DNA of 64,000 bases from Schizochytrium sp. TIO01 (lineage: Eukaryota > Protista > Bigyra: Labyrinthulomycetes): the NCBI GenBank assembly GCA_004764695.1, contig SMSO01000032.1, positions 2,046,001-2,110,000 of the forward strand. Direction: 5' to 3'. Shown here piece by piece: positions 26,329 to 39,154 of this stretch. The notes under the pieces are model-generated. The model made no database searches. It saw only the letters and a program-made list of their open reading frames with translations, and was not told the origin of the DNA. A program made the position numbers and the translations under genes. Position 1 is the first letter of the stretch. Each line of letters begins with the position of its first letter.

Positions 26329-28816
26329 ACAACAACAACAGCAACAGCAGCAGCAGCAACAACAACAACAATCAAAGCAACAACAATCAAAGCAACAGCA
26401 GCAACAGCAACAACAATCAAAGCAACAGAATGGAAACTTGTCAGCCACGCAATACTTGCATACCCTGTTGGGCGCTGCATCAAGCTCATTTAAACACCCA
26501 CCAAGCAAAGCAAGCGAATGGAACATTCCCCCTACCGCTGCTGTTAATGACTCCAAGATCGGAACGCAGCCGTTTGGTTTACACAGAACTCAGTTTGGTA
26601 GTCTCGTACCTGCCCACTCTACCCAAACAAGCTGGGATCAAGCGGCCATGGCCCTTCAACTTGCCGAATCTATGCGCACTCAACAACAGAAAAATCAGAA
26701 GCAGCAGTCAGCTACTTTGCAAGCTGGGAGCACTGGCCTCGGCCTTCCCCAAACGAATGGAGGAGGTAGTATTCTTGGTAAGCGAGACATTGTCACACTC
26801 CTTAACCAGGACCCTATGCTCGCAGTCCAGGTCATGAAGCGTTCTCGCGACTCAATCTCTTCTCGCGACTCAACATCTTCAACCTCTTCGCCAAACAACA
26901 ACTCTACTTCACATGCCTCCGCAGCCGCTGTGCCAATGCAAGGTAACACTAAGACAGAGATCTTCCGCCAAGTTCACTCTTGCTACCGCTCAACGGAGCC
27001 TGGTAAAAGCAGTGAAAATGTTGTACCCACATACGAAGACATCGAGCGAAAACTAGCGATCGATAGCAATATCAACGCCGCCCGCGTAGCGACTCTTCGC
27101 TGCCGTGCAATCATGCGCAAAGCTCTGGAGCCAGCACAGCATCTCGTCCCGGATGACCTCGCAGATCGTATTGTTGTAAACTGCATCACTGCGCTTTGCC
27201 CATTATGCGGACGCACCATCGCTCTCAATAAACTCGGATCCCTAGAGAATTGGTGCAAACATCTGTCTCTCCACGGCGCAGTTGGCGCTTCCCTGGCTCT
27301 GCGCTACCGTGCGTTCGATAAGAACTCCGACTCCGTACCTGCTCTTCACGACCTTGACCAAACCCAGGTGAACTCCTGGACGGCCCTCAAAGACCGTTCT
27401 GATGCAGCACCTGACGATGATGATCCAAGAACATGCCCGATTAACCGAGTGCCTATGCTTTCCAAAATCAATTGGGAAGTTCTGGTATATTCTCAACTGC
27501 TGAACGACGGTGCCTTCGACTACCGCTCGGTGGTCTCCCAGGAGCTGCTGGCTACTGGTATGAAGAGTTTCGGAATCCCATTCCACGGCCCAACTCACTT
27601 GGTCATGCTTGCCGATATGCAGAAGCGTCTCAGCGCTGTACCAGGCGACGCTTTTAAAGTTTACCTAGGTGAAAATGAAGAACATCACGTCGACGCTCGT
27701 GGGTGCTATGAGGGTCTTATTCCTGGCACCTGCCCTGATCACGAAGACACCGAAACTTTCGTCTCCAATGCACTTCAGGGCAAGGACCCTCTTGCACGCG
27801 TTATTTGGTGCGCGTTGCATCTTAAGACCGATCGCTCGATCAAGATTGCTAATGTTGTTCACAAGCTGTACAAGGACTTCACTGAAGAAGAAAAGAACAT
27901 CAACATTCGCTACGACACTATCGAAAAGCTTCTTGATGAGCTTGATGAAGTGGAAGGTACCAAGTCTGGCCTGCGTTCCCGTGATGCGGCCCGTCTTATT
28001 GTGACTCGTCGCCGTCAAATATTAGATATGGCCCTTGCAGAAATTTTCCCTGATGAGCGAGTCCGCCGCCGTGCTGCAGCTCGTGTTGCAGTGAATGCAA
28101 TGGTAGATTCATGTCCCTTCTGTGAACAAGTCTTCCTTGCTACAACATTCGCACTTGACCATGCTATCTTCCTCGATCATCTGCGGGGCTGTAAAGTCAA
28201 CCCACAGGCAAGCGCTGCCTTCGCTGCACGCCTTGTTGCTTTCGGCACAAGTGCAGAAGATGTTGAAATCCCCCCACTAGATACGAGCTTATGGGACAGA
28301 TCGCAATTTTTTCCTAAAACCCCTGTGCATCTTAATGATATTCGAAAGGATGCGATGCCTACACCAGTTGTAGACGAAAAAATGGAACCTGACGTCCGTG
28401 TGGATACAAACCTTGCCATGCGCATGGATTGGAGTGCTCTTATGTTCAATGCACTGATTCGTGCAGGAATACTCACCTGCAAGTCCGTGCTTTCTCAGGA
28501 AATTGTGGCACTTGGCCTCTTCTTTTTCGGCCTTGTCAACCAACGAAGTCCTCAAAAGTTTGGACAGTATCCTCAACTTCACAGCTTTCAAGTTGCTCTG
28601 CACCGTGCTGGTCCTCAAGGGTATGATGAATACTGCGGTTTGGGTATTCGAGATCAGCACCTTGGATCATCTCACATTCGTGGTCGCCCAGTTGCTGTAA
28701 CTTCAAGCATTCTCCGTGCGTATCGCCATTTGGGTCTTTCTGCTAAATCTCTAAAGCGTTTCGCTGCCTCAGCACGAAAGACCACAGCGTCAACAACGAA
28801 GAGAAATCAAGAATAA
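25604..28816 (+). CDS. Uncharacterised 1,070-aa polyQ protein with a duplicated zinc-finger-containing module; putative DNA-binding/chromatin regulator
   Basis: Long single-exon ORF with first ATG at 25604. Several polyQ tracts, CPLC-x17-H-x3-H and CPFC-x18-H-x3-C motifs each within homologous repeats, and a basic C-terminus. The CDS is solid; the function is inferred. Confidence 0.85.
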
Positions 28817-29791
28817 GAGGAACAAGCAATATAATCCTCGTAATTTTGAATTGCCCTGGTGAACTCCTGCTATGCCAGGGAGCTCACAAATCCTGAATTC
28901 CCTGCGTATGGTTTTGCCAATTTGATGTTTTATTCCATCCTTTCAAGACATGTAAAACTTACTACCTACAATAGTACTTTCCCGTCGAATACTAAAATTT
29001 ACTACTAAGAGCTTTTTCCCACTTTTGCAAATAACTTGTGATTCTTTTGATCTCCTTTTTCACTAGTGATACATTTTGACTTGAAAATTCACCCGTGTGA
29101 CTTGTGAGGTAAGATCAGGGTTTGGTGTATTTTGTTAAATTGGTACCAGGAATTCTCAAGCTATAAAAACTCTTATTAATTCCATCCCTCGTTGATTTTA
29201 TTTATTTTTTATGCCATATGCCCTGCCCCGCCTTCTCGCTCTTTTACAAATCAAATATGCCTGTTTACATCTTGCTCTGAGCCTCTTTTAATATAACAGT
29301 GCTGTCTTTATTTTGTATCGCCAACTTATCTTTTTTATTTTAAAACATTCTTCCTTAGTCCTGATTACTAGATAGAACCTACCTACCCACTACCTTACGA
29401 CTCAACTACCCTTTCAGCAGGGACTGCACAACCCAACTATCCGGTGAAAAGCAACAATAACCAATGCAACGATCAGGAATATTAATTATTGAATTAGTTG
29501 CATTGTTGATGTTTTTAGTAGTTTATAATGCGACAATAGAGAGTCTGATAACAATAGAAGCAAGATCAAGCTCATTGATCAATACGAACGTTAGCAAAGG
29601 AATTGACAAAGCGAGGTTAATCACCCGAAAGCGTTAATACCTGTGCAAAACTTGGAGATATATTCCTCTTCCTGCTACGATTAGATATTCAAGAGCTTTC
29701 CTTGAAAACCAAAAGCGTGTATAAACTCTTCAACTCCTACGGAAGAGAGCTTCTATCAAACAAGAAGAGGTCAATCTTACGCGAAGCAACC

Positions 29792-30876
29792 ATGCCAGCG
29801 GGTGAGGTTATCGACGTAGGTTTTGGAGGCAACAAACGCGGGGTTCGGGGGCCTTCGAAGGACCTTGTTGAGCGTCTGAGTAAGCAGCCCGATCGCACCA
29901 AAGTGAAAAGCAAGCCTGCGCGCGCAGCTGCTTTTGAAGATGCCAAACCTTCGCAAACTAGTGGAGGCCGAGCAGCCGTGCGTATTAACCCAGTGACAGG
30001 GAAGATGACAACTGTAGCAAAGACAAAAGATGCCAATGATATGGTTCGAGAAGGCTCCATGTATATCCCGAAAGAATATCTACATGCCGCAGCTGCCGCT
30101 GGACTCGGCAATGCCAATGGCATGTATTCACACATGGCAGGCATTCGACGTGAACTAAACAGCGGTCATAACCTCGCTGGTCCAAGCGGTACTAATGGTG
30201 CTGGCGCAGCACGGCAACCGAAATACGAACCAAAGTTAGCCAGAGTATCAGGAAATATTCATAAGATTGACACAAGTAGCAGCAACAGTAGCAGCGCTCC
30301 TCGCCAGAGCAACATTAAGCAGATCACACAGGGCCGAGCACGCTCACTACGTTCCTCCTCATCGCAGCAGCAACCAAACGAATCTTCATATTTACGACAG
30401 AAGGGAGTCATCAATAGCTTCAATGGGACCTGCTCAAACCTGCGATCTAGTAAATCTTCAAATCAGGATTCTAACAATTCGCAACGCAAAAAGGGGGTGG
30501 CACAGCTGAAGTTTGGAAGTAGTGGCCAGTCATACATTACATATCACGAAGGCCCAATTAAACATGCGCACAGGGTGACACCTCCTCGAACACAAAGTAA
30601 GTTTTACCTGATTAGAGTGGTACAATAATAGCACACTGAGACTAACCAACTTGATGATGTGGTCTATTGGAATCATTAACAATTGATGCAGAGGCTTTGC
30701 CAAGTGCTACAGCAGAATCGTCAACTTCACAAGAAGTTAAACGCGGCCCGCCAATCATCAAAAAGCTTGGTGGTGCCAGTTCAAGTGCAACTGGCAAAAC
30801 ATCTGGGGGCACGAACATGTCGGATCGCGAGAAACGAGCAGCTTACTTTGCGCAAAAATTTGGTACCGCGAATTAG
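29792..30876 (+). CDS. Hypothetical basic, largely disordered protein; 2 exons (29792-30596, 30692-30876)
   Basis: GTAAGT donor at 30597, ACTAAC at 30641 and CAG acceptor ending 30691. Splicing joins the two track ORFs in frame (...RTQ-K-ALPSATAES...). Confidence 0.75.
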
Positions 30877-31593
30877 CCAAGCATATAAAAGACATGAATC
30901 ATATGTTCATGAGAAAACTCTCAAAGCATTTTTTATATTTTTTTTTTCTGAGCTACTACTACTGGAATAAAAGGTTGTTTGGGTTGTTAACGAACTGGGA
31001 AGATTTAGTATCCCGGTTCAATCGATTGAAGATTCCCACAAAGACGTGTGATTTCGACTCTTGAAATCTCCATGCACAAGTTTCCGATTGTGTCTCTACC
31101 TAGTCTACTTTGGAGGTCAAACCTTTGAGCTACTTCTGCGCATGGTTTCCTCCTACCATGTTGATAGCAGTAGATAACCAAGCACAAGAAAAATATCTCA
31201 TTGCAAAAACGCAAAAGAAAGCAAGACTCCATCATGAGCAGGCAAAACAAGTGCAGTGTGCATGAGTCAAAAGAAGAGGAAAAGAGCAAGACAGCAATCT
31301 CACTAGTTTTAAATACTTTGATCCATGCAGCTATGCAATGCACTAGTGTGATAATGATAGGAGGTCTCTGGGTGCCTTATAAATATTCACAATGCAAGGT
31401 ATTGCGTGCAAGATGAATACGAGAGCACAAACCATCCTAGCAAACAAAGAAGACAAGGGGAGAAGCGACAACGACTGTGCAAGGAAACTAAAAATGAAGC
31501 AGAATGCGAGAAGAGGCGGCAGCTTTTAACTCAGGCAGATTTAGTAGTAATAACAAACACATGCGGGCGCTAAGTCCGTGTGTTTAGATGTAT

Positions 31594-32476
31594 TTACTCA
31601 ACCTTCTTGCGAAAAGAGCAGCCCTCGGTGAGGCGCGCCTTGCCACCCGTCGGCTGGCACAGAACCACGGAGCAGGCAGCGCAGATAACGCGAGTCTGAG
31701 CGTGTGAGAAGATGGTGGTGATCTTGAAGCAGCCCGGGCACTTGACGTCCTGTTAATTGTACAATTTTGGCAAGCAAAGCAAGCAACAACATATTCAGTC
31801 AGTTTCACACGTCCTTAACTCATTTCCTTCCCAAATGGACTATACACTCGTGCATCATGACTCCATGACTCTAACTTCTTCAATTTCTTCTTCGAGAATC
31901 TGCTCGTAACTTTTCAATCGCTTCACACCACCGTACAGCTCTTAATCGTTGACCAATACCATCGGCAAGAAGAATGAGTGGTAATCGACAACCACCAGTC
32001 GTCTTGCAAATGAAACATCTGATCAAGACTACGAGAGCACGAAATCAAAGGGAAGTAGGCATCAGTTTAACCGACTGGTTCAATTGAAGGCCAACAACCC
32101 TGCTCTACTGCCGACGCTGTGAATCATCAGCAGCAATAACTGCTGCTTGTCATGAACCCTCGCTCCATCCCGATTTTTCATGCAAACAGCGCTAAAGAAG
32201 CGAAAGGAATACCAAGTCCGATACAGAAAATGAATGAATCCGAGCGAAGCAAAGCTCGAGAAGTCCACCGATACGAGAGAAATCATTCTCCTGATGCCCT
32301 GAAGAAGTAGATGAAGAAGGTTGCCACCAACGAGCCCGTCAACCTCGAGCAAATGATGTCCACATTGATCAAAGAGCACTTACCATGAAGAAGCTGTTGG
32401 GCGACTGTACGAGGCGCTTGAGCTTGTGCTTGCGCTTCTCCTCCGCGATGGAGGGGTGAAGAAGGTCCTGGTTCAT
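31594..32476 (-). CDS. RPS27: 40S ribosomal protein eS27 (S27); exons 32476-32384 and 31749-31594, 82 aa
   Basis: [31 protein letters not shown]|[51 protein letters not shown] matches the eS27 consensus; GTAAGT...CAG intron of 634 nt. Confidence 0.98.
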
Positions 32477-34421
32477 CTTGCGAAGGGTGAAGTGCTTGGA
32501 CTGATCGAGTTTGCTCTCGCGGCTCTCGCGAAAGCTACCGAGGTGTCTTCTGAAGTGGTCTGCCTCCACAACCTTCAGAGCACGTAACGCAAAGGGTCTG
32601 GTGGCCGCGAGCCATTCGCGCCTTTCCCGCCTCTCGCTTAATCAACCTTAACACAAACGTATATTGCCCCTATCTATCCAGTCCCTTTCTCCACTATATC
32701 CATCACTAAAACCACCTTAAATAAACCAGGGTTCATACTCTCCGGCGCACAAGAGCTCCGAAAGAACTAATAAGGAACGTTCCAAACCCCTGCCGGCGGA
32801 GACAAATGACAGGCGCCGGAACTTAAGTCCCGACTCGCTCTCGCAAAGAACTACTGCCCTCCTATACCTTACTCTAGAAGTGGCGAGACAAAATGGTACT
32901 CCCCAATGCCTATAGATACTCCTATCAGATCAGCTAGTGGGCCTCTCCTGTAGTACCTCGTACTGCGATGCTACACTCTCTCTTGCTCTCCCTCTCTCGC
33001 CAGATCCTAGCGGGTTCTAGAGAACTTCTACCAAATGCCACTACGGCATAGCATAGAGAATAAAAATGGGTTGTGGCAAATGCTGGGCCATTTTGATAAC
33101 ACGTACAGAAACTTTCTCGAACGAGATCGTTCCGAGTACCCCGGGCGGGTAGCACGTAACTACGGTTAACACTAAGCTGTAATCGTCTGCTGCACGTTGG
33201 TTCCGCTGAGAACTGTAGTAGGTAGGACCTTCCTATATAGTGGTACCGTGCCACTTACTTACCTACTTACTTGCTCACTTACTTTGCTTCTTGGTAGGAA
33301 GGTCTGTGAATGTGGATCTCATGAGCTCGAATAGAATAGAATTCGCGATGGTTGGCGATATTCAAATGGTCGATCTTCGTGATGATCAAGATCAATGCTG
33401 CAAAGCTGGGCTGTAGGTTGGGATGGCCGATGGGACGGAGGGAACTGCGGCCGCCATGAGCAGGCTGCGAGGCGATTGCAGCCGGTCGAGGCCTCAGGGT
33501 CTCGGGGATTCGAGCCGGGAGGAACGCAGAACTGGAGTGTTCGGGTCTTTTGAAAGAACTGTCACGGTTGAGGTCAGCTTCTCTGGCTAGCTAGCAAGTT
33601 GGACTTGAGCTGACGAGACGGGTCTTTGAAGTGGCGGGCATGGGAGAGACAGCGTGCTCGGGAGCCGGGATGACCGCCTTCCACCCGGATGAGGAAGGCA
33701 GCGGGGAGCGTTTTCAGGAAGGACCTTGGCCAAACTCTCTCTGCAACTAAGCTCGGTCCTCAAAAGCGTTCCAAGCCTTCAAGCGCATGATGATGCTTTT
33801 TGATGCCACTACGTAGAACCCGATGGAGCTGTTAGGGAATAGTACAAGGTAGGCAGATAGATAGATGCCTACTTTTCTGCTGAGCAGATAACAAGCAGCC
33901 TGGGAGCACACTCACTTGGAATGTAATGGAAGGCGGGACTGCTATTGTGACTAGTTGGGGTAGTATGTAGATTGATTATTAGGTGTGCTTGAAGGCGTCT
34001 GCCTGGGTTGACTTACAGTGTGAGGTGAGGGCTTCGTGGTTGATTTTGGAGACTCGGATTATTGAAAAGCATCACGAGACCGCGTCTGTCTAGAAAGAGA
34101 GAGGGGTCAAGAAACCGAAAGTTATGGCACTGCGTTGATTGTTTGTTCTAAAGGTAGGTGACATTGAGAATCATTAGTTTTTATATCTGTGCCTTGCATG
34201 CGGCTGCTCTACCCAGTCGTAAATTCTTAATGAGTCTTCGTCTGTATCTTCTCTTGAAGAAGATATGACGCGGCAAAGATAGTAAGAGGGGAAAACACAT
34301 GCAACTGTTGTCTCTTCGATGTGGGAGAATAATTACATTTAGATAATTGTGTTCTAGTTTTTTTTTCTTCATCTTCAGTGCTTGCCTTGTTCGTCATGAT
34401 CAAAATAAAAGAGTTCTGAGC

Positions 34422-36374
34422 TTACTCGATACGGAGGTCCTGCAAGGCACAGCTTCGATACAGAGGACCACCAACAATAATGAGACACAAGGTCCAAAGC
34501 TGTACTTGGATGGATGTGCCAAGAATCGTTGTACTTACAACAAGGAGAATAACCAGGATAGCTGGAACTTGCATTGCAATGTACATGGCATTCGAAACGG
34601 GAGCTCGGAAGGGCTTGGGACCAGAAGCCGTATGTTTAGATGTTGACTCGTTAGACTCTGCGTGCAGACGGTAACGGATGGCAGCAACCAGCTCGATCAG
34701 AACGGACATACACGTGAGACAATTATTCACCTCCATGAGCTTAGTAAAGTCAAAGAGTGGGGCGACAACGACAATGACAGCCAAACTCGCACAAATCGCA
34801 ACCCAGGGTGCACCGCCGTGAGCACTCCGCCTTGCGAACACTCGAGGCATAAGATCCTGTTCAGCCATACCCAGGAGAAGACAAGAATCAACAAACATTT
34901 CTGAACAATACATTGCCAGCAAGCTAATACCTGTGCTGATGAAGATAAATCCGTGTAGCAACTCGCCACCAATGGCAAGACCAATATCATGGAATGATCC
35001 CTCCGTCCATGTGCGCCAATCTGGAGCCGACGGGGTCATAATACCAGCAGCGAGCGGGAAAACGTATGAGACGCAGGTGAGAATGATGGAGAGCGTCAGC
35101 GCTTTTGGAAAATTCCGGTGCGGATCTTTGACCTCTCCTGCAAAAGTAGCTACACTGTCCCATCCACTGTATGACCAAAACGTTACATGTAAAAGCTTGA
35201 TCCAATCAATCGCCCATGGAACAGCAGTTTCGGCGATGACATCTGGTAACGCTTCCAGAGGAGCAGCAGTACGACTCATTGCAGATGCTGAGTTGTTCGC
35301 AGAATTGACCAGTAAGATACTAGTTGATATAGTGTCGTGAATGTTTTCGATGGATGCATAGCCAGAAGCAGGGCCACCAACAATCACAGTTGCGAGTTGT
35401 GTGGTGGATGCTAATATAATTAACACCACGTATGGGAACAACACAAAAATACCCAACACGATCATCACTTTGGTAACCATTTCAACACCTGCAAAATTAA
35501 TTAGGGACATAGAGAGCGAGATGGCCAGGGTAAGAAGAATACCAAGCGCTGATTTGGCAGATTCGCTTCCCAAAATGAGCTCTGTGGCCAATACCGGGTA
35601 CATTGCGTTATCGAGCACTCCCGAAATCCAACTCCAGTAGCCATCCTGGAAAGCCCAAAAACGCCCAAAACTACTTGCCACCCAGAGTGTAAAGCTTCCA
35701 TCTTCTGGAAACTCCGTCGAAAGCTCAGCGCTGACAAGCGCTACGGGGAAGCAATAAATCCATGGAAAAATTATCATAAACAAGAGCCCTAAGCTGGGCC
35801 CACCAGCGGCAATGACCTCTTCACATCCAATCGGGCCTCCGCAAACAGTGAAAAACATCATAGACACTACTGCGCCGAGCCCCATGGCACGCTTACCGTC
35901 CTTATTGACTCCAGGATCCCCAGATCCATTGAACACTTCCGCATTCCTGAATGCGCTTCCTGAAGTTTTCTCAATATCACCATGAGATAGCAACTGACCT
36001 TTCTTCGATCGAGGGTGTTCACCACGTACCGATGGCGATATCTTTTCGTCGCCGTGAACCGTAGAATTCGTCGCCTTAAAAAAAGATACTGAAGATGCCG
36101 AAGAGGAAGGTACTGATGGTCTCTTAGGTGTGTTCACGCCTAACGTTGATGACATAGCAGATGTCGAAACCAGCGTCAGGTTAGAAGATTTCTTCGGGGA
36201 TTTTGGCAATGATCCAGATGAAGAAACCTCTTGGTTGGGCAGAACGGGCGTTGGGGTACGCGTTGGCTCCCTGTCAGGCGACAGGTGGCGCCTGCGGTGA
36301 TCCAACTCAAGATGAGGGTCCTCCACGCCGCTCGAGGACCAAAACCCGCCCAGAACACCCTCTAGCCCCCGCAT
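34422..36374 (-). CDS. APC-superfamily amino acid/polyamine transporter (LAT/PUT-like)
   Basis: FFTVCGGPIGCE, AELSTEFPEDG, FWSYSGWDSVATFAGEVKDPHRNFPKA and ~12 hydrophobic segments; first ATG at 36374 (start uncertain). Confidence 0.9.
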   Translation of the reverse strand: MRGLEGVLGGFWSSSGVEDPHLELDHRRRHLSPDREPTRTPTPVLPNQEVSSSGSLPKSPKKSSNLTLVSTSAMSSTLGVNTPKRPSVPSSSASSVSFFKATNSTVHGDEKISPSVRGEHPRSKKGQLLSHGDIEKTSGSAFRNAEVFNGSGDPGVNKDGKRAMGLGAVVSMMFFTVCGGPIGCEEVIAAGGPSLGLLFMIIFPWIYCFPVALVSAELSTEFPEDGSFTLWVASSFGRFWAFQDGYWSWISGVLDNAMYPVLATELILGSESAKSALGILLTLAISLSMSLINFAGVEMVTKVMIVLGIFVLFPYVVLIILASTTQLATVIVGGPASGYASIENIHDTISTSILLVNSANNSASAMSRTAAPLEALPDVIAETAVPWAIDWIKLLHVTFWSYSGWDSVATFAGEVKDPHRNFPKALTLSIILTCVSYVFPLAAGIMTPSAPDWRTWTEGSFHDIGLAIGGELLHGFIFISTGISLLAMYCSEMFVDSCLLLGMAEQDLMPRVFARRSAHGGAPWVAICASLAVIVVVAPLFDFTKLMEVNNCLTCMSVLIELVAAIRYRLHAESNESTSKHTASGPKPFRAPVSNAMYIAMQVPAILVILLVVSTTILGTSIQVQLWTLCLIIVGGPLYRSCALQDLRIE

Positions 36375-37553
36375 AGGCTGTAAGAGGTCGTGCGAGATCG
36401 CTCGCTGATGGCTCAAAGGAGTCCAGCAGACCTGAGCTGCCGCACTTCGGGGTCTGTAGGAGCGTGCAATCCCAATTCCAACCCCAATAGAACTTTGTTA
36501 CCATTATCACTACCTGTTGGAACACAACTATACCATTTAGTTCCCTTTGAGCTATAATTCAACACAAGTTATAGCCTCAGAGATAGAGTAGGGATACTAT
36601 ACTATGGCTGTCAGTAAGAGCTGGGGCGGTTGGGCGGTTGGGCTTACTCTACGATTCGAGGAAGGAGAAGTTTGGAGAGCTCTACCTTGAGCAGCGGAAT
36701 GCTTGATGGAAATAAGGAGATGCCAAGAAGAGCGCTAGTGAGACTGTGGCGCTTTTTAACAAGCCAATCAGCGAAATAGTTGGGAAACGATGATAGCGGT
36801 AGTCGTCGCTGTCTAAGGGGGAAAAGATCTACAGCTTCGGAGAAATGTGAGAATAAGAAGATGTATACCATGTGTAAGAGCCACGAACCTCGGATTAACT
36901 TTAGATACATGTCTTAAACTATGCCCTATTAAAGGAGAAAATGTCATTTTTAGCAAACGAAATGAAAGGGGTATAGAATAAGTTAATTTGAGCCGTTGAA
37001 GGTATGTTTAGCCGAACATCCGGTAGATAGAGCACTTGGTCCATTGGAAATAAATAACAAAATTGAACATCACTTGCTGTGGCCCCTCGAATATCATACA
37101 TCTGTTGCTTGGCCTAGTTTCATACTTAGGAAGCATACCTCTCCTCCTAGCTAAGTAGTCATTGGAAATAAAGGTAAAGGCATATTGTTTTCTCAACTAC
37201 AACTACAACAACGGCAGCGACGACAGCGACATCAAAAGCCACGACGTTAGCAACGACAAAGGTTTGACGATATTGGGGATTTCTTTGTGAACAAGGAATC
37301 AGAAGGAGTCAGATACATAACACTGCAGGGAGACACATTCTAGCACAACTGGAATAAAAGAATTGAACTTGGCAAGCTGGGAGACAGAACCCTTTTTCGA
37401 AGGCGAAGCGAAGTAAACTACTTAAGTGCCAAGAACCCTTGACAAAGACCAAGCGAGCAAAAAGTACAAGTAGTGTACGATATAGTGAACCCGTTGTTTC
37501 CTATCGCATCAGCATCTACCACTCTTTGCAAAAGGCAAGACAACGCAGAGGAA

Positions 37554-38411
37554 ATGCAATCTACGAAAGCTTCAGGGGCAACTCGCACAAGAATCCGGGC
37601 TCCAGCTTCGTTGAGTAATAATGATAATGCACCTAGATCACGCAAAGCAGTGCCTGCTAGCTCACGCACGAATTTGGTATCCTCATCATCTGCGCGGTCA
37701 GCTCGATCAAGCACCTCAACTACATCTACAGAGAGTCGCGCATCAATGACAACGCGGAAATTTACAGGTATGGATGAACGTGTGGAGTCAGATGACTGCC
37801 GGACAATGGCAATGCAACGCTGGAGTCGCACAGATCGCCTAAGCAAGAAGTTTGATAAGGTCCCTAGCGGCAACCCTTTTGCAAAATCTTCAAGTGCCAA
37901 GAGCAATTTTGCATTTGTCTATTCCCAGGGTGGCATTCCCTGTCGGATCAATCATGGAGGTGTATACTCTCGCCTGCAGTGGGATGAAGACCCGGCTACT
38001 TTGGACTATGACCCTCTTCTTGTGACGATTAGCGAAGGCCTGAATGAAACAAAGCACCCATATGTTTTTGTTGCGCAGCACGCCTTTAAGGAGATGCTCG
38101 AGGCTCCCGGAGCTGCTGCTAAAACTGCTCCTCTTGTTCCCCAGATCGTTCGTCACTTGCGCGCGTGCATGCTCTGTAAAACAGAAGGCCCCTTTGCTGC
38201 TGCACTAAATGCTATTCGCCAGCTCTCAGACTGTGTCAAGGAAGAACTTAACCCACATATGGGTGCTTTACTTATCCAAATTAACAAAAAGTCGTTTGAG
38301 AGAAGTTTCAAAGAGGTCATTTTTGAGACTTTGCTCGCACTTGATGCAAATGGAGGTCCTGCTGCTTCGAGGCTAATTAAAGCAAAGGTCCCGTGCTTTT
38401 CGAACAAATGA
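37554..38411 (+). CDS. PACRGL: PACRG-like protein (ParcG family)
   Basis: YSQGGIPCRINHG...RLQW...DPLLVTISEGLNETKHPYVFVA matches the PACRGL-type ParcG domain; Ser-rich N-terminal extension. Confidence 0.88.
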   Translation: MQSTKASGATRTRIRAPASLSNNDNAPRSRKAVPASSRTNLVSSSSARSARSSTSTTSTESRASMTTRKFTGMDERVESDDCRTMAMQRWSRTDRLSKKFDKVPSGNPFAKSSSAKSNFAFVYSQGGIPCRINHGGVYSRLQWDEDPATLDYDPLLVTISEGLNETKHPYVFVAQHAFKEMLEAPGAAAKTAPLVPQIVRHLRACMLCKTEGPFAAALNAIRQLSDCVKEELNPHMGALLIQINKKSFERSFKEVIFETLLALDANGGPAASRLIKAKVPCFSNK

Positions 38412-39154
38412 GAGCATCATTTTGGCGGACACCATTGTAGGGTCCACTTCGTTGAACTTTTTTTGGTATTGGTATGATAAAGTTTTTTCTGTCTGGCTTT
38501 CTAAATTTGGTATGAGTATTTTTCCTATGCTTGTGTTTCTTTGTTGTCTCTTACGAAAAATCTTTGATTTTTGCTGATTAGATGGGCGAGAATTTCATCT
38601 GAAAAGAGTGCCTGGACCCCGTACCAGTGAGTTATATATCACTTTCATCTTGAAATATCTTTCTTTTTACAGACAAACAATTGAATTCGTGCATTCTTGT
38701 TTTCGAGATATAAAAATCTCGAACAGATGCTGCAGTTGCCATATGTCTACAGTCCTCCTGTTCACAATTCTCACCGCAAAAAATATCAGCAACGTCCTCT
38801 TTTGTTTCTTTTCTTCATTCGGTAAACTCGAGCCTCTTGTCATGTATTTGTCTAAGCACTTCGTCTGCGGAACCTGACTTTGATCAATTTGATACCAAAC
38901 TCGGTACTTCAATTACCTATGTCACCTATCCCCTAATTCTTCCTTTATTAAATACTTGAACTTAGCAACAAGCTCAATTCCAGTAGCCTCTCTAACATTT
39001 CCAGGTTCTCCCTGACTGCGACCTTGAACCTTCAGAAAAGAATTTGGCGTTAGGTGTATCTTTTGTTTACCTGAATAAGTTCTTGAAAAGACGGTTTGCT
39101 GGGTTTTACTCTTGCAAGCAAAATTGCAGAATCCATAGACCCAACCTTGGCGCC

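Noticed and set aside
26199-26837. Poly-Asn, poly-Cys and poly-Val ORFs
   Set aside because: Alternative frames and antisense of the CAA/CAG polyQ tract
28855-28890. 3' UTR hairpin (CCCTGG...CCAGGG) as a SECIS or riboswitch
   Set aside because: Short stem, lacks the SECIS core geometry, and the upstream gene has no in-frame TGA
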